Shown here: positions 9,614 through 19,142 of the stretch, in pieces
Layout: every line of letters begins with the position of its first letter
How positions within the stretch are numbered: the stretch's first letter is position 1
Source of the DNA: Zygnema circumcarinatum SAG 698-1b
Lineage: Eukaryota > Plantae > Zygnematophyceae
Direction: 5' to 3'
DNA length: 64,000 bases
NCBI GenBank assembly: GCA_037447605.1
Contig: CM074816.1
Location: forward strand, 2,508,525 to 2,572,524
Translations under genes and position numbers: made by a program
The notes under the pieces: generated by a model
Told to the model about the DNA's origin: nothing
Databases searched by the model: none
What the model saw: only the letters and a program-made list of their open reading frames with translations

Positions 9614-12600
9614 ATGGCGACTGCGGAAGGCTCTGTGCCGGAAAACGCCAACGAACGTACGGTCCTTTTGTCGCGTGTGATTTTGTCCTTAGCTTTTGAA
9701 AAGTGAATTGCGCACTAAATCCAAAAACCGAACTTTCGTTCGACGTGCAGATTGCCCCGGCACGGAGGCGGAGACAGCTGGCAGGGCGGCGGCCTGCGAG
9801 GGGTGCCCCAACCAGCAGATATGCGCGACCGCGCCCAAAGGGCCCGACCCGGGTGAGGCGGGGTGGGGGGAAGGGGATAGGGGGTGGGGGGTAGGGTTTA
9901 GGGGGTAGGGGGTTAGGGTTGTGGGGTTAGGGTTTAGGGTGTAAGGTTTAGGGGGTTAGGGTTGAAGGGTTAGGGTGTAGAGTTTGGGGTTTAGGGTTTT
10001 GGGTTGAAGTTGTAGGGTGTAGGGTGTAGGGTGTAGGGTGTAGGGTGTAGGGTGTAGGGAGTAGGGTTTAGGGTTTAAGGTTTAGGGGTTACGGTTTAGG
10101 GTGTAGGGTCTAGGGTTGAGGGTTAAGGGTTTAGGGGTTAGGGTTGAGGGATGAGTGTTTAGGGTTTAGGAGTTAGGGGTTAGGGTTGAGGGCTTAGGAT
10201 TTTAAGGCTTATGGTTAAGTGTAGCGTGTAAGGTCTAGGGTTTAGGGTTTAGGGTTGATGGTGTAGGGTTTGGGGTTTCGGGGTTAGGGTTGAGGGTTTA
10301 GGATTTTAAGGGCTTAGGGTTTTAGGGTTGAGTGTAGCGTGTAAGGTCTAGCGTTTAGGGTTCAGGGTTTAAGGTGTAGGTGTACGGGGCAGGGTTCCGG
10401 GTTAGGGTTTCAGGTTTTTATGCTTTATGGTTTTTAGGTGTAGAGTGTAGGGTTAAGGGTTCAGGGTTTAGGATGCAGGGTTACACCCTGAAATACTGGA
10501 AAAGAGACGTAAAACCCTAAACCCTTGCAGGACTCCTTAGCGCCCGAACCGCTCAAATCTCACCTTCTTTCGCGGCGCAGACGTGGCGGTGGTGGAGGAG
10601 AGGATGCGCGGCGTGAAGCACAAGATTCTCGTGCTCTCCGGAAAAGGCGGAGTCGGAAAAAGCACATTTTCGGCGCAGATGTCATTCGCGCTCGCAGCGC
10701 AGGACAAGCAGGTGACCGCCGAATGCACTCCCCTTCTTTATAAACTTGTATGTGCTTTATGTTATATTTGCATTGTTTTATGTCCCCCCCCCTCTTCACC
10801 CCGGGAAAAACCAAAAAATATTTAAAAAAATTGAACTTCCCCCCCCTCACATGCATGCATGCATGCAGGTGGGCCTGCTGGACATCGACATCTGCGGGCC
10901 GAGCATCCCCAAAATGTTGGGTCTCGAGGGCGAGGAGGTCCACCAGAGCGCGGCGGGCTGGTCCCCCGTCTACGTGACGGAGGGCCTCGGGGTCATGTCC
11001 GTCGGCTTCCTGCTCGCGAGCGCGGACGAGGCCGTCGTGTGGCGCGGCCCGCGCAAGAACGCGCTCATCAAGCAGGTCATGCTCAGGTCATGGGCAGGTC
11101 ATGGGCTCATGGGAAGGTCATGGGCTCATGGGAAGGTCATGGGCAGGTCATGGGCAGGTCATGGGCTCATGGGAAGGTCATGGGCAGGTCATGGGCAGGT
11201 CATGGGCAGGTCATGGTTAGGTCATGCTCAGGTCATGGGCAGGTCATGGCCAGGTCATGGACTCATGGGCAGGTCATGACCTAAGGGCGGGGCTCCTCTG
11301 GTATGCATGGGGGGGTGGTGAAGGGGCAGTAGGGTTGTTAGGGTTTTATGGTCTTCAGGGTCTTTTGGGTTTCTAGGGTTTTCACGGTTGTTAGGGTTTT
11401 TAGGGTCTTTAGGGTTTTCAGGGTTTCTAAGGTTTTCAGCGGGAGGTGTGGGGAAGAGGGAGGGGGGGAATGGACTGGGGTCCTTTGCCTTGGGATGTGG
11501 TCGTGAGAGGAGGGAGCGAGGAGAGGGGGAGGATGCGGTTACTCCCTCCCTTTGTTGAAGAGAGGGAGAGTTAGTTCTTCCTCCTTTTTGGTCGAACAAA
11601 GACCTTCTTCTTCTTCTTCTCCTTGCTGTCGTTCCAACACATGGAACGGGGCTCTCCGTGGTCTCTCAGTTCCTGCGTGACGTGGACTGGGGTGAGCTGG
11701 ACTACTTGATCGTGGACGCGCCACCTGGCACGTCCGACGAGCACATTTCGGTGGTGCAGTACCTCCAGGCGGGACACGTGGACGGGGCCGTCATCGTCAC
11801 CACGCCGCAGGTACACTACCTCACCAAAAATAGGCAAAAAAAAAAAAAAATGAAATGTAGAAAATAAGATGTAAATAAAAGCAAGGATTAAGGTCATACT
11901 GGGGATGATGATGTCATTGTTGAGCGTTGGCTTTTCTTTTTTCCCCCCCATTTTTTTTTCCCTTCGAAAGGGAGACGTAGACGAGAAAATACTTTTGCTG
12001 ACGGAGGGTCGGAGCATGCAGGAAGTTTCCATAATCGACGTTCGCAAAGAAATAAATTTCTGCAAAAAAGTGGGTCTGCGCGTTCTCGGAGTGGTCGAAA
12101 ACATGAGCGGTCTGCAACTGCCCCTCAGCGCGCTGCACTTCGCGAAGGTGGGGCCCACCGGGGAGGAGCGTGACGTCACGGAGGAGGTCCTAGAGGAGCT
12201 TAAGAAGGTGAGAGAGAGAGACAAATGTTACAGATGTCTTAACTTTATCGAGGTCCGAACAAATGAAGCGGACATCTTCTATTTTCTATTTGGTACATAT
12301 CTAGCGTTCACATCTACGGTTAGAAAGTTTTCGAAACGAATTTTCATGAAAAATTATCCTCTCTGGTAACACAGGTGGCGCCCCATTTATTGAATGGAAT
12401 AACGGCGAAATCTGAGATTTTTTATCAGAGTGGAGGAGGAGCGGAAGCCATGGCTCGGCAGTTCGGAGTTCCCTTCCTCGGAAGAATCCCAATGGACCCC
12501 TCTCTAAGCAGAGCGGCTGAGGAAGGGAGGTCTTGTTTCCCCTCCAAGGAGGACCTCTCCTCTCCTTCTCCAAGCGTAGCCGCTCTTCAGCGAATTATTT

Positions 12601-12641
12601 CACAAGTGGTTTCTAAGGTGGAGGGGCGGAAGGGCGCTTGA
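9614..12641 (+). CDS. NBP35: Cytosolic Fe-S cluster assembly factor NBP35
   Basis: Exons 9614-9656, 9751-9852, 10581-10711, 10869-11075, 11670-11810, 12022-12207, 12375-12641, all in phase. Motifs: N-terminal CPG...[12 protein letters not shown]-loop [44 protein letters not shown]. Confidence 0.96.
9890..10480 (+). repeat. Degenerate telomere-like (TTTAGGG/TTAGGG/GTAGGGT) array filling NBP35 intron 2
   Basis: Many GGGTTTAG/GGGTTAG units and a run of TAGGGTG at about 10012-10060. Confidence 0.9.
11073..11279 (+). repeat. 9-11 bp minisatellite (GGGCAGGTCAT) at the start of NBP35 intron 4
   Basis: About 20 tandem units. The first unit is the real exon/intron junction CAG|GTCATG. Confidence 0.9.
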
Positions 12642-14156
12642 TTTTGACTTTGGCGTTGTCGATCAATGTAAAAGTTGACTTTGTTTGACCCCTCCCTTGT
12701 ACAGGTCATGTAGCATGCGAGGAGGGAGGGAGGGTCTTTAGGCTTTTTGGTCTTTTGGCTTTTTGGGATTTAGGGTTTTTCTAAGACGTGTGTTGTACAA
12801 CATTTGAAGGGTCATGGAATTGAGGAGGAGCCGTTGCGAACATTTTCGGCAGCCAAGTTTTAACAAAGGGCTGAGAGGGGCTCCACAGTGCTCTCTGCAT
12901 GCTCAGACGCCTCCTTCATTATTGCGTTGACTTAATCATGGAAGGTACCATCATATATGCATGTCTGGACGCCATATTTTTCGACTGTGCCAAGTAACGC
13001 ATCCAACATAGAAATAAATAGATAGAAATTACAAACATGGGCCGTTCAAAACCAATCCGGACAACAGAGAAAAACAACATTATTGATCCGCAGTTCCTCA
13101 ATACCAACTGTGGACCAGCAACCCTAAAAACCATACCAAAGTAGCTCCCTTCGACACCTTCCGTGCGGCCCATCTGTCCCAACCTGACCGACGAGGGAGC
13201 AACGAAGCGTTGATGAACCGTACAATTCCCACAAGGGTAAGGGTTCAGAGTCTGGGGTTTGGGTTTTGGAACTACCGTTGCATGCGAGGGTTTTGGATCG
13301 TACGTTTTATGTTCAGGGATTGTGGTTTTAGGGTTGGAAATCGGAATTTTAAGGGAAATTTTGAGTTTAGAAAAAAAAAACATGTCTTCTCCATTCGAAT
13401 GCTTGTGGAAGTAAACCAAAGAAGCTGTCGACATTGCTGATAAAAAGTTTCAACAAAAGGCTGACAAAGGCTCCGTACTCGTATTGTGCAAAAAAGTGCT
13501 TTATTTTACTAACCCATAAAAACTAATATCATGACTAAAACAGCACAGTTATATTCGCTACAGCTCCCAAGTCTAACATAATTAATTCAGCGAGGCAAAG
13601 AAAAAAATGGGGTTTTCCATATCCACTACTACCAAAAACCGCCACCTCTAGCCGCCACTGCTGCCAAACAAAAGTAAAAGCTTTAATGTGTAAAATTCCT
13701 TAACCTTCAAGGAACTAGATAAAGTCAAAGCGCCCATTATCTGCTACACTCCCTGTCCTCTCACTCTCCGTTATTGAATGGGCAATAAATCGGAGCCTTT
13801 TATGGGGTAAATGGGGTTAATAGGAGCAATAGCGCTCTAGAAGGTCACTTTCCGGGGAGGCCCTCCCTCCCTCCATCCTCCGCGAGTGGCCTTCCCTCCG
13901 TCCCTCCCTCAGCGAGAAGGGCCTCCTTCCCTCCCTCCCTCCCTTTTCCTCTCCCTCCCTCCCTCCCACCCTCCCTTCCTCCCTCCTTCCCTCCCCCCAT
14001 ACCTCCCTCCTTCCCTCCCCCCCTACCTCCCTCCCTTCTCCTCTCCCTCCCTCCCTCCCTCCCTCCCTTCCTCCCTCCCTCACCTCCCTCCCTTTCTCCC
14101 CTCCCTTCCTCCCTCCCTCCCTCTCTCCCTCTCTCCCTCCCTTTCTCCCTCCCTCC

Positions 14157-17100
14157 TCAGAGGGGGAGCCCTCCCTCTCCCTCCTCCGTGGGAGGGCCCA
14201 CCAAGAGAGCCTTCGCGCCGATCCCTCCGTGGTGAGTGCTGATGAGCTCGAGGTCGTCCATGCTCTGAACCCTCTCCACAAGAAGCTCGCGAGTGTTCGC
14301 CTGCCCCTGGCTAGAGGCCTCCTGCACTCCTCTCACAAGGAGGATGTGAGAGAGCGAAAGAGGGAGGGAGAGAGGGAGGGAGGCGGGGGGGGGGGGGGGG
14401 GGGGGGGGGGGNNNNNNNNNNGGGGGGGGGGGGGGGGGGGGGGGGGGTGGGGGAGAAGAAGAGAGGTAAATGGCCGAAAAAAGTAAAGATAAAGGTAAAA
14501 TGAAACAAAAGAACAAAGGGGAAAAAGAAGAAACATCCACAGAGAAAGGGTCGCCTCTTTTCCTAGAAAGTGTTTTAGGGTTTCTTACCAGGTCCCACTT
14601 GCTGTTCCTCTGCGATCTGTTCTCTGCGCTGTGATCGAAAAAGAAGACCACAACTGTCATGTCGTCGTGGTACTCTCGCCGCTGCCCAGAGGACAACCGC
14701 AAAAGCTCTTGGTACGGAATCTGATGCCTCTCTGCCGCTTTATGTATGGCAGCGCGTATCAGTTTCCGTGCAACGTCCTGTCCGTAAAAGCATAGAACAG
14801 TCACACGAAACAGAAATAAGAACTGGAAAGCAACAAAAACGAAAGAGTGTAGAAGATAAACGGAGAAGGACATTCATTTTTCTGAGATCGAGCAATATTA
14901 GAAAGTGTTTAGACGAGAAGAAGGGAGGGAGATTGTGGACCTTTTTGGGAGAGGAGGCAACCATATCCACTGCTTCCTGATTGGAGATGTATTCAAAGAG
15001 ACCGTCGGAGGCAACAATCACAAAAGCATCGTGAGGAGAAAGGAGACGGACGGCAATGCTCGGTTCCGCTGTCAGTAACGGAGGGTTGAACGGTTCCGGA
15101 ACACGGAAACGTGCAAAAAGAGGATCTCTGTTGAACTCTTTTGACTTCAAGTAAAGGTCTCCAAATGCTCTCGTTACCTGTCACGGAGTGAAGCCACAGA
15201 GAACAGGTGAATTTGGAGTTTTTTATCACCGTTCCGACCGAAAATGCGACCAACCGATGAGATAAAGGGCGACGACAACGGGAGGGTCAAGCAGGAGGAG
15301 AAAGAAACGAAGGAATGAAACAGGATATTGGAAGGACACAAAGAGGCAAGAAAACGGAGGGAGGGAGGGGAGGGAANNNNNNNNNNGGAGGGTGGGAGGA
15401 GCGGAGGGTGGGAGGGGAGGGAGGGGAGGGAGGGGAGGGAGGGGAGGGGAGGAGAGGGGAGGGAAGGGGAGAGAGGGAGGGACGCACCGACACTTTCCCC
15501 TTAACGCGGTAGCGGCCGCCCTTCTCCACCACCGCGTCGGGCGTGTCGCAGTGTTCCGCGGCGAAGGCCTCCCTGATGGAGGGCGCGTTCACGTTGTGGT
15601 CCACCGACAGCTGGAGGGCGCGGCACTCGCGCTCGCCGCTGCTGCTGCGACGGACCTGCTCCGCTCAAAGGGGGGGGGAGGGGGAGGGGGAGGGTGAGAG
15701 CTCTCTCCCTCTGGGCCACTCTTTCTTTCTCTCCCTCTCCCTCTCTCTCGGTCTCTACTCTCTCGCTTACTCCGTCACTCCCTCGTCCTCACTGTCTTGC
15801 GCTCTCTCTCCCTTTCTTTCTAGGTCTCTTGCTCGTTCTCGCTCTTGGCCTCTCTCACTTTCTCGCTCCCCCTCTCTTTCTCGCTCCCCCTCTCTCCCTC
15901 TCTCGCTTTCTTGCTCTCTCGCTCTCGCTATCAATTTACATGAGAACACACACGCCCACACAAGAAGGTGGTGGGAATGTCATCTGACGGCAAGACTCCG
16001 CTAGAGAAGGACGAAGCAGGGAGACGGGAAGGGCAGACAGAAGGCAAAGGGGAGGTTAGAAAAAAGTTGGCTATAGGTGACTGTGAAAAGTTAAGGGGAA
16101 AGAAAGGAGAAGGTCACTCGAGAAGGTCGAGGGAAAGGGCACATCAAACACATACACACATATACACATATATGTATAACTCCTTAGTCTTTGTTATAGT
16201 CAGACAGAGTGCCCTGCCAGCCCCCACCTGTCCCAGCACCGCCCTGCAGTCCCCTGCATTGGCCACCCATATCGCGTTCGCCGTGACTATGGCCGCCGCG
16301 GAGCACGCCCCGACCGTGGCGAGGTGCGGGGCCGCCTCGAAGGCGGACTGCGCGGCGGCCTTGAAGGACCGCTCGGTCGCCGCAAAGGCCACGCGGAAGG
16401 CCTCCGCGGACACGCTGCCGCCGCGCTGACGGAACTCGTCTGAGGGAGGGGNNNNNNNNNNGGGAGGGGGAGGGGGAGGAGGAGAGGGAGGGCGTGAGAG
16501 AAAGTTGGACGAGGGAGTGAGAGGGAGAGGGAGAGGGACGGCGTGAGAAAGAGGGACAGGAGCGTTGTGGGAGAGAGAGAGAAAGAGAGAGAGAGAGACA
16601 GAAACGGAACGACCGAAACGAGTAAGAAACGAGGGAACGGAGTGATCAAAAGAAAAAAGAAGAGGCATGACAAAGAGAGTAAAGTAAGGGGAACAGAACA
16701 GAGATTCATCGAGCACGGTGAGGGAGTACGTGCCGGTGTGTTTGCAAGGGTCATTTGGACTTAGGGTTGTGTCGATTGGAGGGGGAGGTGGGAGGGGAGG
16801 GGAGGTGTGGGAAGAGATGGAGGCGAGGAGGAGGAGAGTGAAGTGGGGTTGGCAGGGGGTGAATGGATACAAGAATGATAGGAGCAGTTTAATGAAGCAG
16901 TTTATCAACGAATTTGAGCAGCTTACCAATTAGATTTTTGTAGAGATTGTCCCGAAGGAACTCTGCTACCTCTACCCCTCCATGCCCATCATGAATGCCA
17001 ATGTATACACCGCTAGAAGAAGATTCCACCTGCCACAAAAAACTCAATAAAAGATAACTTCAAGAAACACACTTAAATATCTGATTAAAAGAAGTCATCC

Positions 17101-17166
17101 GAAGACAATCATGTGGGCAGTACATGATCTTTCCAAAGTCCATCTGCCTTAAAACAGAGAGAGAGC

Positions 17167-17202
<36 letters not shown>

Positions 17203-19037
17203 AAGAGAGAGAAAAACGAGAGAGAGAGAGAGGGAGAGGGGGGAAGTGGGGAGGAAGAGAGGAACGACTCACCTCTCCTGTATCTTCCATAACGTAGTTT
17301 GCTTCGTACATAGCCAATGAGAAGTGGCCAAATGGCGTAGACTCAAGGGCTTTGTACCACACTTCTCTCCTGTTTCCACGGCTATATGCGTCCGCCTTAA
17401 CAGCGCCCCGTTTCAGTCTCCGTAAAAGGCCGCCCGTCACCCATGCGGACATGGAACTGCGTACTTGCCGTCTACGTGACTGCTTCATAAAGACTTGGCT
17501 TGGAGAGGACTCGGCACCGTCAACTTGCATGTCGTCATCTTCTCCTCCGTGGAAGGCAACGTCAAGCCCCACCTGCTCCAAAAAAACACAAATTGTTCAC
17601 AGTATAAATGATTTTTTTTGATGATGTTGTCAGAATGTTCTTGTTAGGGAACAAAGTCTTCATTATTTTTGGCAAAAAGGCTGCATCGAAAATTGCGGAT
17701 AGATTGTGAATTACAAGCATAGGTTGCTGTTCGAACCCACCTCTTCTTCCCGCCGCTTGACTCGCAAAACTCTGAAAAAGCTGAGTATGTAGAATAAGAT
17801 GAAAGTCGTCACACCGACCCACAGGTAAACCACGAGGAGACCCACAATCTGAGGGAAGATTTCAACCAAACCCTAAGCCCTAATTAAGAAATCAACGACG
17901 CAGAATGAATGCAAAATCCGGTACTTTTACCTGAACCCCACTCATACAATGCTCACTTTTGCTCATAATAAATTTCCATTTGCTGCCCACATTCTTTTTG
18001 GTGATCCATTTTAGTCCCTAAAAGTGATTTTTTTTTTTTTTTTTTTCTTACATCGAGCATGGAAACACAGAGCACAGTTCCGCAAACCTGAATCCCGAGA
18101 AGTTCCGGTCCTCCTCCGTAAAACAGTCCCCACGCTTGAGGGTTTTCTATGCTGTACGTTCTCGTAATGTCAGCCTTTGTGGCGAAAAACCCAACAGCAA
18201 GTGCTCCCCACGTTCCGCAAAAGAGGTGAGTGGGAGCTGCTTGTACGACATCGTCAATTTTTAATTTGCTTAAAACCCAAACCCCGGCTTGATACCAAAG
18301 GCCCGCCCCGACTCCTGCACAAAAATTTGCCCTAAATTCAATTCATTGTTTCTTTGTTTCTTTGTTTCTTTGTTCCTTTGTTCCTTGCAGGTTTTTGGGG
18401 TCAATGTATAGTCGTATTTCGCAAGTGAATGCGATGTCTGAGGTAAAAGAAAATGAAACTCCGATGAATAGGGCGGCTAATTTTGTGTTGGATATTCGGA
18501 CGGAAATCATGTGAGAGCGGGATGAGTGAGTGAGAAAGGGAATCAGAGAGATTGGGTGGGGGGAAGAGGGGGAGAGTGGAAAGAAGGGAGAGAGGGGGGG
18601 AAGAGAGGGGAGGATGATGGAAGCAGGTGTGGGTGTGACAACGAGAGGGCGATGAGTACAGGGGGTTGTGAAAAAGTGCGACGAGGGAGCAAGGGAAAGA
18701 GAGAGACAGAGAGAGGGAGAAAGAGAGGGGGAGAGAGAAGCTTAACAAGCGAAAGAGTGGGAAGAGGGAGAAAGGGAAAGAGTGAGTCAAAGAGAGGAGA
18801 GAGAAAGGAAGGTAGAAAGGGAAAGAGAGAAACCCACAAAAGGAAACGAATGCGAGGAGGGATCAAGGCAAATAGCGTGACAGAGAAACGGAGCGATGGA
18901 GGGACGGAGAGAGGGAGAGAGGAGGAGGGAGAGAGGGAATAGGAAACAGAGGGGGAGAGGGAGATGGAGACGGCGAGCGGGAGAGACGCAGAGAGAAAGA
19001 GCGACAGAGAGAGAGAGAGACAGAGAGAGAGAGAAAG

Positions 19038-19094
<57 letters not shown>

Positions 19095-19097
19095 GAC

Positions 19098-19142
<45 letters not shown>

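Noticed and set aside
12022-12207. NBP35 lacking the C-terminal CPxC motif
   Set aside because: This is the normal state of green-lineage NBP35, so it is not novel.
13817-14281. 154-aa minus-strand ORF as the PP2C C-terminus
   Set aside because: It is in the wrong frame for the phase-0 junction and consists of GGGA-repeat translation. The in-phase exon stops at 14157.
17931-17945. Mini-exon ATGAGTGGGGTTCAG|GTAAAA (MSGVQ) as the start of a stand-alone PP2C
   Set aside because: It lies within AMT intron 6. The exon it would join (17572) begins with [10 protein letters not shown], which completes the AMT C-terminal motif from exon 17848-17741, so the fusion model explains the sequence better. 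It cannot be excluded as a minor isoform.
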